A stretch of DNA of 57,486 nt, taken from assembly GCA_016198705.1 (NCBI GenBank), contig JACQIA010000046.1:1-57486 (forward strand), written 5' to 3'. Below the pieces are notes generated by a model. It had not been told where the DNA came from. It worked only from the letters and a program-made list of their open reading frames with translations, and made no database searches. This DNA comes from Candidatus Aenigmatarchaeota archaeon. Lineage in GTDB: Archaea; Aenigmatarchaeota; Aenigmatarchaeia; CG10238-14; SCSR01. Shown piece by piece: positions 42,979 through 53,285 of the stretch (positions within the stretch are counted from its first letter, which is position 1; the number at the start of each line of letters is the position of its first letter). Position numbers and translations under genes: made by a program.

Positions 42979-44856
42979 TTATTTTAACCGTATTGTCTCC
43001 AAGTTCTTAGGAGCTATGGCTTCTATCCTGAAAATCCTGTTAATTGCCCTCGCTAATTCTATTGTCTTCTGGCTCTCCCCATGCACACAAATAACTTTAC
43101 TGGGCCTTGAAGAAAGGCGTCCGATAAAACTCAGCAGTTGGTTTCTATCAGAATGTCCGCTCAATCCGTCTGATGTGTAAACTTCCATATTCAGAGGTAT
43201 GCTTATTGTTTTTCCATTCTCCGTTCGTATCGGAACTTCCCTCCAGCCTTTTTGGATTCTTCTGCCAAGGCTTCCTTCGCTCTGGTAACCGACAAAAATC
43301 AAAGTATTCTTAGGATCTTCCGCTAAAGCTTGCAGATGCTGGAGTACAGGCCCGCCTGTCATCATTCCTGATGTGGAAACAATTACACATGGCTTATCAT
43401 CCCATACTTTCTCCCTTTCCTGTTGAGATGCAATTCTCTTGAAGATTGGGGATAGGAACGGGTCTTGTCCATTAAAGATTTTCTTCTGCATATTCCTGGA
43501 AAGATATTCGGGATATGCGGTGAAGATGCCGTTGGCATCCCAAATCATCCCATCTAAGTATACATTATGCTGAAGTCCATTCTCAACCAAAATAGCCATA
43601 ACTTCTTGAGCCCTCTCGACTGAAAAGGAAGGAATGAGAACTATGCCATTTCTTTCCATAGTTTTGTTGACAATATCAATTAACTGCCTTTCTGCTTCAG
43701 CTCTCAATGGCATGATGTCGTCTTTACCACCGTAAGTTGATTCGATAATTAGGGTTTCTATTCTCTGGAAATCTGTGAAAGCAGGATCTAAAAGCGTGGT
43801 TCTTCCGAATTTTTGATCCAAGGCATAAACGATGTTATGCAAACCTTCTCCTATGTGCAAATGGGGGGAAGAACTTCCCAAGATATGACCGGATGATTGA
43901 AATGTCAGTCTTACATCTGGGGCTACATCTGATACTTCGCCGTATTCCAAAGTAATCGCGTGCTTCACTGCATCTTTAACACCTTTAGCGGTAAACAGAG
44001 GTGTTGTGGTTCCCTTTTGCATGACATCAATGTAATCCAACCAAAGCAATGTTGCCAAGTCCAATGTTGGTGTGGTCATGTACAGAGGGCCGCTATAACC
44101 ATATTCGTACAGTATTGGAACAGCGCCGCAGTGGTCTAAATGACTGTGCGAAATAATTATTGCGTCCAATTCGCCGTAGTCAAATTCTTTGGTGTTAAAA
44201 ATGGGATAGACTTCCGAGTTGGTTGCACCAGCCTTTATTCCACAGTCGATGATCACCTTAGATTTTGGTGTTTCAATCAATGTGCAGCTTCTTCCAACCT
44301 CACCCCATCCACCCATTCCAATTATTCTTATCCAGTCTCGTTTGGCTTTAGTTTCGCCGAAAATCTTTTCACCAATTCCATTCAAAAAATCTTTTCTAAA
44401 CTTAGATTCGCTGTGCATCATTTTTCTAATGCCGTCTACTACGTTGGAGTCTATAGCAGGCACTCTTTCGATCCTAGGAACCCAAAAAGTTTCGGATCTT
44501 ATCCTTCTAAATGTCTCCCCGCCACGACCGATTACTAAACCGGGCTTGGCAGCAACAATAAAAACCAAACTTCTCTCTGGCTCAAAGTATATGCTTTTTA
44601 TCTTTGCATCTTCAGGCACTAGCTGCTTTATTATTTCTTTTGTCGCCTCTTCGTCAATAGTTAAATTTTTCTCTGGCCTTACTTCTATTCTTTTTTTGAT
44701 CTGGCCTACTATCTCCCTTATCGTCTCTTCATGTGTTTTAAAGAACTCTCGGTCTTTGGTGTAAACAATAATCTCTGAACCTTCTAATTCTATTCTGCTT
44801 ATTACCTCTTTCGGTAGTAAAGACTTTACTTTTTCAAGAATTTCCATAAAGTTCAC
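42979..44856 (-). CDS. fttA: aCPSF1/FttA: KH-KH, metallo-beta-lactamase, beta-CASP ribonuclease (transcription termination factor)
   Basis: N-terminal KH modules (VIGRGGETFRRI), HSHLDHCG, and a length of 625 aa. Confidence 0.9.
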   Translation of the reverse strand: MNFMEILEKVKSLLPKEVISRIELEGSEIIVYTKDREFFKTHEETIREIVGQIKKRIEVRPEKNLTIDEEATKEIIKQLVPEDAKIKSIYFEPERSLVFIVAAKPGLVIGRGGETFRRIRSETFWVPRIERVPAIDSNVVDGIRKMMHSESKFRKDFLNGIGEKIFGETKAKRDWIRIIGMGGWGEVGRSCTLIETPKSKVIIDCGIKAGATNSEVYPIFNTKEFDYGELDAIIISHSHLDHCGAVPILYEYGYSGPLYMTTPTLDLATLLWLDYIDVMQKGTTTPLFTAKGVKDAVKHAITLEYGEVSDVAPDVRLTFQSSGHILGSSSPHLHIGEGLHNIVYALDQKFGRTTLLDPAFTDFQRIETLIIESTYGGKDDIMPLRAEAERQLIDIVNKTMERNGIVLIPSFSVERAQEVMAILVENGLQHNVYLDGMIWDANGIFTAYPEYLSRNMQKKIFNGQDPFLSPIFKRIASQQEREKVWDDKPCVIVSTSGMMTGGPVLQHLQALAEDPKNTLIFVGYQSEGSLGRRIQKGWREVPIRTENGKTISIPLNMEVYTSDGLSGHSDRNQLLSFIGRLSSRPSKVICVHGESQKTIELARAINRIFRIEAIAPKNLETIRLK

Positions 44857-44869
44857 AGAAAATAGATAT

Positions 44870-45511
44870 TTATCTAGCTGTCTTTTCTAAGTCGTATCTT
44901 GTTATTTTTATACCATCTTTGTTGATAACAGCAACATCTATAGCTTTCCCGCCTGAGCCTATATCCCTTTCTATAGCAGCCTTTATTGCCCTTACGGCTA
45001 ATTTGCTTGCTTCTTCAGCAGAAATGCCATCCTTGTAGCCATCTTCCAAAACACCTAAGGCCATAGGTGAACCGGAGCCTGTTGAAAAGAATTTCTTTTC
45101 TTCCTCCACTGAGCCTATTGCATCCAACGAATAGATGGCAGGATTTTCATCATAACCGGCGATTATCAATTGCACCATGTATGGCATGTAAGTCCATCTG
45201 CCGCCTTGCAGTATATTTGATAACAAAGATGCTGCACCTTTAACGGAAATTTTCCTCTGGTTTTGAATAGCGAAAAGTTTCAACTCAGCTTTCAAGTATT
45301 TGGCCAAAGCTTGCGCATCACCGCTTGCACCAGCAATGGTCAATGCCACATGATCCTCTACAACCAATATTTTTTCCGATTCCTTGCTGGCGATCAAATA
45401 GCCAAGTGTTGATTTTTTCTCTGCAGCTAAGACTACTGCGTCTCTACATACCATACCCAATGTAGTTGTTCCAGTCTTTCTTATTTCTGGTTTTTCGTCT
45501 AATAGTGTCAA
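44870..45511 (-). CDS. psmB: proteasome beta subunit
   Basis: Propeptide followed by TGTTTLGMV. TTG start 8 nt after GGTGAG (SD-like). Confidence 0.95.
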   Translation of the reverse strand: MTLLDEKPEIRKTGTTTLGMVCRDAVVLAAEKKSTLGYLIASKESEKILVVEDHVALTIAGASGDAQALAKYLKAELKLFAIQNQRKISVKGAASLLSNILQGGRWTYMPYMVQLIIAGYDENPAIYSLDAIGSVEEEKKFFSTGSGSPMALGVLEDGYKDGISAEEASKLAVRAIKAAIERDIGSGGKAIDVAVINKDGIKITRYDLEKTAR

Positions 45512-45649
45512 AAGAACTCACCGAGAATTGGTTAATTTTAATTATATAAAGTAATTTAAATATCTTTTGGTTAGGAAGGCTTTGTGTAAATAGTACATGA
45601 ATTTAGTGACTTTATACACAAGCAACGGACTTTTTACACAGAGATTTAT

Positions 45650-46006
45650 TCAAACTTTATCTCGAGCATCATTAATTGCCTGAGACCATCCAACAAATAG
45701 AGGGTTAGTGGTCTGAAGGGTTTGACCACCCATAGATGAATTAATGAATGTCAATGTTTCGACTTTGCTATTTTTGTTAAATCTAATCTGTAAACCATCT
45801 TGTGCCCATACTTTAATCGCATCAGCACTTCTAATGTCTTGAAGTGGAATATCAAATAATTCTTCTTCCTTTTTTTGGATGAATCCCTTTTTAATAGAAA
45901 AAAGTAGTTTTTTACTTGTTAGTGTAAGTATTCCTTTTTGATAGGACATCATATTTTTCTTTAACATTAGCTCACTTTCTTTAATCACTCTTTCCTTATT
46001 ACCCAT
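45650..46006 (-). CDS. hypothetical protein, possibly PH/GRAM-like fold
   Basis: 118-aa ORF. GILTLTSKKLLFS...IRSADAIKV loosely resembles a bacterial PH domain. Confidence 0.35.
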   Translation of the reverse strand: MGNKERVIKESELMLKKNMMSYQKGILTLTSKKLLFSIKKGFIQKKEEELFDIPLQDIRSADAIKVWAQDGLQIRFNKNSKVETLTFINSSMGGQTLQTTNPLFVGWSQAINDARDKV

Positions 46007-46130
46007 AATAATAATTTATTTCATACAATTAAAATCATTACTGTTGTCGAATTTGGCTGATATACCTAATTCATGCATCTCTTGAACCACCACACAGACA
46101 TTGTGACAAAACACTTTCAACAACCAACAG

Positions 46131-46182
46131 ACTTATTCAATAAAATCTACTTATTCAATAAAATCTACTTATTCAACAAAAC
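46131..46182 (+). repeat. tandem repeat, 18-nt unit ACTTATTCAATAAAATCT x about 2.8
   Basis: Two exact units (46131-46148 and 46149-46166) plus a diverged partial third unit. Lies between the proS stop and the 45650..46006 start. Confidence 0.9.
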
Positions 46183-46214
46183 CGATTATGAAAGGTTAAG
46201 AGGCAACGCTTGAG

Positions 46215-47663
46215 CTAGTAAGCCTTAGCAAAATAAACAACTTCTTTACCAGCTTTATTGCAATAAACACATTTGGTTGCTTTCTCCTTTTCGAATGGAA
46301 TAACTCTTATAGTCGCCCCGGTTTCAAGCTTCACTTGATTTTCGCAATGGTGATCTCCACACCAACTTGCTTTGATAAAACCTTTTTTATTTTTTAAAAT
46401 GTTCTTTAACTCTTCATATGTTTTTACAATGGAAATGTTGTCACTCAAGAATTTCTTTGCCTTCTTATACATATTCTCTTGAATGCTATCCAACATTTCG
46501 AGAACCTTTTTTACAACAGCAGTTTCTTTAATCATCAACTTTTCGGAATTATCACGTCTTACTAAGACGACTTGCTTCTTTTCTATATCTTTCGGTCCAA
46601 TTTCAAGTCTCAACGGAACTCCTTTCAATTCCCATTCGTTGAATTTCCAGCCGGCCGTGTATTCCTCTCTGACGTCAAGAAAGACTCTAAATCCAGATTC
46701 TTCCAGTGAAATTTTTATTTTTTTGGCTTTAGACAAAACTTCCTTTTTATTAACATCTTTGAAAATTATAGGGATAATTACTATTTGTATCGGTGCTACC
46801 CTAGGAGGCAAAACCAACCCTTTATCATCGCCATGAGTTGCAGCCATCACTCCAATTTCTCGTGTAGATATTGCCCAAGTGTTTTGCCAAGCGTACTGTC
46901 CCTTTCCGCCTTTATCCAAAAAATTTATATCAAAAACTTTGGAAAAATTCTGCCCATCATTATGAAAATCTGGACCTTGCACTGCTTTTCCATCAGGCAA
47001 GAGATGCTCTATGCTGTATGTTGCGACTGCGCCTGCAAACTTTTCTGCATCAGTTTTCCTGCCAATTATGCCAGGAAGTGCCAGGTACTCTTCTGTAATT
47101 TTTTTATATATTTCCAATATTTCGTCACGCTCGGCTTCAGCTTCTTCCTTGGTGGCAAAAACTGTGTGACCTTCATTCCACAAAAATTCTCTTGTTCTAA
47201 GAAGTGGTATAGGATGTTTGAACTCCCACCTTACAACATTATTCCACTGATTAAGTCTAAGTGGTAGGTCTCTCCACGATCTTATCCATTTTGAATAACT
47301 TTCATACATGATTGTTTCTGAGGTTGGTCTAACCGCCAGTCTTTCTTCTAATTTACTATCTCCTGCATGTGTGACCCATGCAACCTCTGGTGAAAATCCT
47401 TTCACGTGCTCCTTCTCTTTTTTCAACAGCCTCTCTGGTATAAAAATTGGGAAGTAGACGTTTTGAATTCCGATTTTCTTGAACTCTGCATCTGTATTTT
47501 TTTGTATAATTTCCCAGATTGCATAACCGCTTGGTTTAAAAACCAAACATCCGGATACTGAACTGTAATCTACCAGACCAGACTTCACAATGGATTGGAT
47601 ATACCACTCATCGAAATTTTCAGATTTCTTTACAGTAATCCCTTCTTGTTTCTGCTCTGCCAT
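46215..47663 (-). CDS. proS: prolyl-tRNA synthetase (archaeal/eukaryotic type)
   Basis: Class II core motifs, a C-terminal Cys cluster and a terminal ...FAKAY. Confidence 0.95.
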   Translation of the reverse strand: MAEQKQEGITVKKSENFDEWYIQSIVKSGLVDYSSVSGCLVFKPSGYAIWEIIQKNTDAEFKKIGIQNVYFPIFIPERLLKKEKEHVKGFSPEVAWVTHAGDSKLEERLAVRPTSETIMYESYSKWIRSWRDLPLRLNQWNNVVRWEFKHPIPLLRTREFLWNEGHTVFATKEEAEAERDEILEIYKKITEEYLALPGIIGRKTDAEKFAGAVATYSIEHLLPDGKAVQGPDFHNDGQNFSKVFDINFLDKGGKGQYAWQNTWAISTREIGVMAATHGDDKGLVLPPRVAPIQIVIIPIIFKDVNKKEVLSKAKKIKISLEESGFRVFLDVREEYTAGWKFNEWELKGVPLRLEIGPKDIEKKQVVLVRRDNSEKLMIKETAVVKKVLEMLDSIQENMYKKAKKFLSDNISIVKTYEELKNILKNKKGFIKASWCGDHHCENQVKLETGATIRVIPFEKEKATKCVYCNKAGKEVVYFAKAY

Positions 47664-47758
47664 ACTATCTCTTTAGAATTAAGAGTTCTATAGAAATAAA
47701 ACCGAATGCTAATGGTAAAGAATAAAAGCTTATTAAAGACAAATAGTGTAAGAAAATT

Positions 47759-48865
47759 ATGAAAATTACATTGTCTGCAATCAAGGCGGATGTGGGTGGG
47801 GTGGGGGGCCATTCCAAACCAAGTCCTGAACTAGTTGCCACTATCAAAAATTTTGTACAGAAAAATGGCAAGGATAAAGGCTTGGTAATAGATAGCTATA
47901 TTGGATATACAGGCGACGACACGCACATACTCCTGTCGCATACGAAAGGGCCAAATAATCCAGATATACACAAACTTTGTTTTGACGCATTTATGGAGGC
48001 TACCAAGGTTGCTAAGGAACAGGGCTTATATGGTGCTGGACAGGATTTATTGAAGACCTCATTTTCTGGCAATGTCAAAGGCATGGGTCCAGGTGTTGCC
48101 GAAATAGAATTTGAGGAAAGACCAAACGAAGCAGTATTGTTGATTGCTGCAGACAAGACCGAGCCAGGAATGTTCAATTTACCATTATATTATGGGTTTG
48201 TTGAAGTTTCTCGTTCCCCAGGCTTGATTTTGAGCGATGACATGAGAAAGGGTGTGAAGTTTACAATAATGGATGTTGAGCACACAGAAGCTGACAAAAT
48301 AATAGAACTTAAAACACCTGAAGAATATGTTGAGATAGCAAGCCTTTTATTCAATCCACACAGGTTTGTTGTAGAAAAGATACATTCAAGGAGTACTGGA
48401 GAACAGATAGCATCTATCAGCACAACTCGATTACATAACATTTCGGGCAAATATTCCGGAAAAGATGATCCAATAATGATTGCTCGTGTACAACGCCCAT
48501 TCCTAGCCACAGAAGAAATAGGTGCAATGTTCAAGTATGCGCACTATGTAGCCGGCGATACTAGAGGAAGTCACAACATGGCACTTATGCCTGTAAAGTT
48601 AAATTCACCTGCTTCGGTTTATTATTGCAATCCCATTGTAACTGGCTTGTACTTTTCCATGCATAATGGCAAGTTTACAGCCACGGGTGATGCGTTTGAC
48701 GATCCTGTATTTGATGAGGTAAGAAGGATGGCTGCACAGAAATCATTTGCAATGAGAGAACAGGGATTTGTTATGCCTGCCATGCTGCCTATGGAGGAAA
48801 TTGAGTATACCATACTCGCCGACAAGATAAAAGAACTAGGTAAGAGATTTATAATAAGAAAATAA
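47759..48865 (+). CDS. fbp: bifunctional fructose-1,6-bisphosphate aldolase/phosphatase (class V FBPase)
   Basis: MKITLSAIKADVGGVGGH N-terminus and a family-typical length of 368 aa. Confidence 0.95.
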   Translation: MKITLSAIKADVGGVGGHSKPSPELVATIKNFVQKNGKDKGLVIDSYIGYTGDDTHILLSHTKGPNNPDIHKLCFDAFMEATKVAKEQGLYGAGQDLLKTSFSGNVKGMGPGVAEIEFEERPNEAVLLIAADKTEPGMFNLPLYYGFVEVSRSPGLILSDDMRKGVKFTIMDVEHTEADKIIELKTPEEYVEIASLLFNPHRFVVEKIHSRSTGEQIASISTTRLHNISGKYSGKDDPIMIARVQRPFLATEEIGAMFKYAHYVAGDTRGSHNMALMPVKLNSPASVYYCNPIVTGLYFSMHNGKFTATGDAFDDPVFDEVRRMAAQKSFAMREQGFVMPAMLPMEEIEYTILADKIKELGKRFIIRK

Positions 48866-48902
48866 CATCTTAAAATAAATTCACCTGCAATAGTTTAATG
48901 GT

Positions 48903-50138
48903 ATGAAAATAGCTGTTCTGTCAGATTTGCATTTTGGTTATGCCTATAATTCAGAACTTGAGAATGACAGTTTTGACAATGCAGAAGAAGCGATAGACAA
49001 GGCGTTGGGTTCTGATTTAATTCTTGTATGTGGTGATGTTTTCGACATAAGGGGCCCTAAAACTACAACATGGGCTAAAGCATTGAAAATCCTTAGCAAA
49101 CCGCTGCTAAAAGAAAATCCAGGAACTAAATTAGTCAGCTGCACCAAAGAATTAAAAGAAATCTCCAGGAAAACATTATCCCATGTACCTGTAATCGCTA
49201 TACACGGTAACCATGAAAGACTAACTGTAGGCGAGCAGAATACAGTGGAAGCTTTAGAAAATGCAGGTATTTTGATACGGTTGCATCTCAACACGATTAT
49301 TTTTGAAAAGGATGGGATAAAAGTTGCTGTTCATGGAATGTCATCTGTACCAGAGAGATATGCAAAGGATATTCTCTACCAATGGAACCCCCAGCCAGTG
49401 AAAGATTGCTTCAACATTTTAGTCTTCCACCAGAATATAGAACCGTTCATATATTCGCCTATAGAACCCCCTACTATAAGCATATCAAATCTGCCGAGAG
49501 GCTTTGATATAGTCATAGACGGACACATACACACCCATACCATGGAACAACTTGGCAATACAAAATTTATCATACCTGGAAGCACTGTAATAACACAATT
49601 CCAAAGAAGCGAATCGGAAGTTGAAAAAACTATTACCCAGATAATTGTTGGCAAAGACGCTAATGTTGAATTCGTGCCATTAGAAACCGCAAGGAAGTTC
49701 TTTTATGAAGAGATGAATTTAGATGGCTTGTCTCTGCACGATCTTGTAGAAAAGAAGGTAAACGACATTCTGTTCTCAAAGACCTTTTATAAAAAACCTG
49801 TTATCAGAATAAAATTGAATGGGACACAAATGCTAAACGATAGAGAGCTTAACAGCATAGTGTCAAAATACGCCAATAAAGCTGTGATTGTGTTTGTTAA
49901 AGATATCGAAACGCCGGAAATGGTGGAAAGTGTTGAATTGCTGAGAAATCTTAAAGAACAGAAATTATCAATAGAGGAGATAGGGCTCAGTCTGTTTAGG
50001 AAAAATCTGGATAAAATGAAATTTGAATCTGGTTTCGATTATCAAGACATATTTACCCTATTAAGTGAGGGGGAGACAGAAACTGTTTTTAATATTTTAT
50101 CGGGCGAACAGAAAAGTCTAGTCCATTTCGGTAAGTAG
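48903..50138 (+). CDS. mre11: Mre11 nuclease
   Basis: Phosphoesterase motifs DLHFG, GDVFD, GNHE and GHIH. Confidence 0.85.
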   Translation: MKIAVLSDLHFGYAYNSELENDSFDNAEEAIDKALGSDLILVCGDVFDIRGPKTTTWAKALKILSKPLLKENPGTKLVSCTKELKEISRKTLSHVPVIAIHGNHERLTVGEQNTVEALENAGILIRLHLNTIIFEKDGIKVAVHGMSSVPERYAKDILYQWNPQPVKDCFNILVFHQNIEPFIYSPIEPPTISISNLPRGFDIVIDGHIHTHTMEQLGNTKFIIPGSTVITQFQRSESEVEKTITQIIVGKDANVEFVPLETARKFFYEEMNLDGLSLHDLVEKKVNDILFSKTFYKKPVIRIKLNGTQMLNDRELNSIVSKYANKAVIVFVKDIETPEMVESVELLRNLKEQKLSIEEIGLSLFRKNLDKMKFESGFDYQDIFTLLSEGETETVFNILSGEQKSLVHFGK

Positions 50139-50139
50139 T

Positions 50140-50907
50140 ATGAAGGGAATTTTAACAGAGACGGCAAAAGAAGCGGGTAAATTGCTTTCAGCTAAATTTA
50201 GGGATTCTGAATTTGCACAAATTGCTGTAACTAAGGGGAAATTTGATTATAGCATTAAAATGGATAGGATGGCTGAAGATTTGATATTGAAAATGCTTAA
50301 AGAAAATGGATTTAAGGGTAAGATAGTTGCGGAAGAAAGTGGGAGAATATCATTAGGTGCATCAGAATACACGCTATACATAGATCCCTTGGATGGAACT
50401 TTCAACTATGCGCACGGAATACCACATTATGGGGTTTCTATTGGCGTTGAAAAGGATAATGAAATTGTGATGGGAGTAATTTATGACCCGAATACAGACG
50501 AATTGTTTTTTGCAGAAAAAAATAAGGGTGCGTTTCTGAATGGCAAAAGGATACATGTGAGTAAGACTGTAGAATTTGAACGGTCTATAATAAATTTGTT
50601 CAGTAGAACTTTGAAGAAATATCCGGAATTGGCTAATGCCTATGTGAATTTGTTCCGAAACGCTTACATAAGAATGCCTATGACCGCTGTATTGGCATTG
50701 GCATATACGGCATGTGGAAGAACTGATGCAAGTGTAGGGTTTATGGAGAATGAATGGGATGTTGCTGCGGGAATTCTGCTCGTGAAAGAAGCCGGTGGGA
50801 AAGTTACGGATGCCAAAGGTGATGATTATAAATTTGGTTCAAAGGGCTTGGTGGCATCAAATTCCTTGATACATAAAAAAATTGTAGAAATTTTGGCGAT
50901 TAGATGA
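50140..50907 (+). CDS. suhB: inositol monophosphatase family protein (IMPase/FBPase IV/SuhB-like)
   Basis: IDPLDGT and WDVAAG motifs. Starts 1 nt after the mre11 stop; its stop overlaps the rad50 ATG (ATGA). Confidence 0.9.
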   Translation: MKGILTETAKEAGKLLSAKFRDSEFAQIAVTKGKFDYSIKMDRMAEDLILKMLKENGFKGKIVAEESGRISLGASEYTLYIDPLDGTFNYAHGIPHYGVSIGVEKDNEIVMGVIYDPNTDELFFAEKNKGAFLNGKRIHVSKTVEFERSIINLFSRTLKKYPELANAYVNLFRNAYIRMPMTAVLALAYTACGRTDASVGFMENEWDVAAGILLVKEAGGKVTDAKGDDYKFGSKGLVASNSLIHKKIVEILAIR

Positions 50908-53273
50908 TAACAAAAGTAAAACTAGTTAATTGGAGGTCACATCTAAATTCAGAATTGGAGTTTACTAAAGGTACAAATGCGCTATTAGGGCATATTGGCA
51001 GCGGTAAGAGTAGTATTTTAGATGCTATTTGTTTTGCATTCTTTGGAACTTTTCCAGCCTTACAATCAAAAAAATTATTGCTGGATGACATTATAATGAA
51101 CAAACCCGCAGAAAAGGAAAGGGCTGAAGTAGAAATTTTCTTTCAAACAGATAATAATCAATATTCAATCAGGCGGATTATAGAAAAAAGGAAGGGTACA
51201 ACATACTCTGAAATAAGGGAGGACGGAAAGCTATTAGAAGCGCCTAGCACACAAAGGGTAAATGAAATTGTTGAAAATGTACTAAAAATTAATTACGAAT
51301 TGTTCAACAAGGCAATTTATGCTGAACAGAATTCCTTGGATTATTTCATATCTATCCCAAAAGGCCAGAGGATGAAAAAGATAGATGATTTGCTAATGAT
51401 TTCTAAGTTCGAAAAGGCTAGGGCAAATTGTACATCGTTGATAAATAAAATAATTGAAAGGAAGTTGGGCAAACAAAGTGTTATTGAACAAACGAATATT
51501 GAAACATTAGAAAATGCTGTACAAGAATTGCTAGTTTCTTTGAATAGTATAGCAGCCGATAAAAAAATTCTTGAAAAGAGATTGGGGGCAACTGTAAACG
51601 AAAAGTATAAAGTAGAAAAGGATTCTCTAGAATTAGGGAAACTTGTGGAAAGTTTTCAAATTTTGAAAAATGAAGAAGCTTCAATAAACAGTGTTGCGCG
51701 AGAAATTCAAATGTCAATAGATTCGATAGCAAAAGGCATGAAAATTGTCGGACCTGAAATGTTGGAAAAGGAATTGAAGAATTTAAATAGAATAATTCAG
51801 AATTTTGAAGAAGTTTTTTATGAAAAGCAAAGGCAGTACTCAAAACTGCAAGAACAAACTGCGAAAGTTAAGGCTGAAATAGAAATAATAAAACAGAGCA
51901 AGATTGCAACTTTAGAATCGGAAATAGAGAATCAAATCAAAATTAAAAGGGACTTTGATGATCTAAAGAAAATTGTTGGTGACGATGTTGAAAAAGTTCT
52001 AGATGAGAAGAAGTTAGAATTAGAAAAGTACGTGGGTGAAGTAGAAGCATTGAAAATGAAGATAAAAGAAACGCAAGAGGCATTAGAACAGTTATCATCA
52101 TTAGGCGCAAAATGTCCAATATGCGAGAATAAACTGACGAAAGAAAAGAAAATAATTCTAGTCAAGCAGAAGAAAATGCAAATTGAAGAATTTATGGATA
52201 CTTTGAGCAAAGCGGTTAAAAAGAGAGAGAAAAGCTCCAAATCATTAAAGGAACTGGAAACCGCGGCCAAAAGCATAGATGTACTAAGGGTGCAAATAAA
52301 AGATTTGGATGAATTGAAAAAAGACTTAGAAAGCTATAAGGATATTTTAATTGTACAAGCGGAATCCTATACTAAATTGAACAAAGAATTGAAACAATTG
52401 GAAATAGAAACGAAGGAGGTACAAAAGAAATTCAATGAAATTGGAAATAAGAAACAGGAAGTTGAAATTCTTTACATGAAATCAAAGGAACACCTTGAGA
52501 AAAGTAAGAGACTGGAAGAAATAACAAATAAACGGCATGTTCTTCTTAAAAAGATTGAGGATTTTGAAAATAAATTGGCGAACAAAGATGTATCGAAATT
52601 AGAAAACGAATTTAGAGTGCTATTAGCAGACGAAAGAGAATTCACAACAAAAATTGAAAATATTAATTATATGATCAAAGAAAAGGAACAAAGACTGAAT
52701 GAGTTCGAAAAAACACTATCGTTGATAAATAGAGAAAAAGCTGAAATTCAGCGATTGGATAAACTGGCAAAAGACCTGCAGATTTTCAGCAAAGCGTTGG
52801 AACAAACACAAATAGAACTACGAAAAGAATTTGTTTCGACTGTCAATTATGCTATGAATAAGATTTGGCAAACGTTGTATCCTTATGGGGATTTTTCCGA
52901 CGTCAGGCTATCTATTGAAGAAGGCGATTACATCTTGCAATTACAATCCAGAATGGGCGATTGGTGGAATGTGGAAGGCTTTGCATCTGGAGGGGAGAGA
53001 AGTCTGGCTGCATTAGCGTTAAGGATAGCCTTTTCACTAACATTAGCACCCCAGCTACGTTTGTTAATCTTAGATGAACCAACAAGCAATCTTGATGCAA
53101 AAGCTGTATCGGAATTGGCGATAACGCTGCGCGAAAGGATAGGAGATTTTATTAACCAGGCTTTTCTGATAACTCATACTCCAGAATTGGAAGATGCTGT
53201 CAGTGGAATGGCTTACAAATTAGAGCGGGATAAATCTACAGACAGTCCAACAAAAGTTATTCAATTAAACTGA
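50904..53273 (+). CDS. rad50: Rad50 ATPase
   Basis: Walker A GHIGSGKSS, CPIC zinc hook within a long coiled coil, signature SGGE, and Walker B LLILDEPT. Confidence 0.9.
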   Translation: MITKVKLVNWRSHLNSELEFTKGTNALLGHIGSGKSSILDAICFAFFGTFPALQSKKLLLDDIIMNKPAEKERAEVEIFFQTDNNQYSIRRIIEKRKGTTYSEIREDGKLLEAPSTQRVNEIVENVLKINYELFNKAIYAEQNSLDYFISIPKGQRMKKIDDLLMISKFEKARANCTSLINKIIERKLGKQSVIEQTNIETLENAVQELLVSLNSIAADKKILEKRLGATVNEKYKVEKDSLELGKLVESFQILKNEEASINSVAREIQMSIDSIAKGMKIVGPEMLEKELKNLNRIIQNFEEVFYEKQRQYSKLQEQTAKVKAEIEIIKQSKIATLESEIENQIKIKRDFDDLKKIVGDDVEKVLDEKKLELEKYVGEVEALKMKIKETQEALEQLSSLGAKCPICENKLTKEKKIILVKQKKMQIEEFMDTLSKAVKKREKSSKSLKELETAAKSIDVLRVQIKDLDELKKDLESYKDILIVQAESYTKLNKELKQLEIETKEVQKKFNEIGNKKQEVEILYMKSKEHLEKSKRLEEITNKRHVLLKKIEDFENKLANKDVSKLENEFRVLLADEREFTTKIENINYMIKEKEQRLNEFEKTLSLINREKAEIQRLDKLAKDLQIFSKALEQTQIELRKEFVSTVNYAMNKIWQTLYPYGDFSDVRLSIEEGDYILQLQSRMGDWWNVEGFASGGERSLAALALRIAFSLTLAPQLRLLILDEPTSNLDAKAVSELAITLRERIGDFINQAFLITHTPELEDAVSGMAYKLERDKSTDSPTKVIQLN

Positions 53274-53285
53274 GAATTTAATATT

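Noticed and set aside
45578-45622. Imperfect inverted repeat (GCTTTGTGTAAA ... TTTATACACAAGC) between psmB and the upstream gene
   Set aside because: The arms need indels to pair (about 10 of 12 positions) and the sequence is AT-rich and low-complexity. It is not convincing as a structured RNA or operator without comparative data.
46131-46182. Possible CRISPR array
   Set aside because: The units are directly tandem with no spacers, number fewer than three and are 18 nt long. No cas genes occur anywhere in the window.
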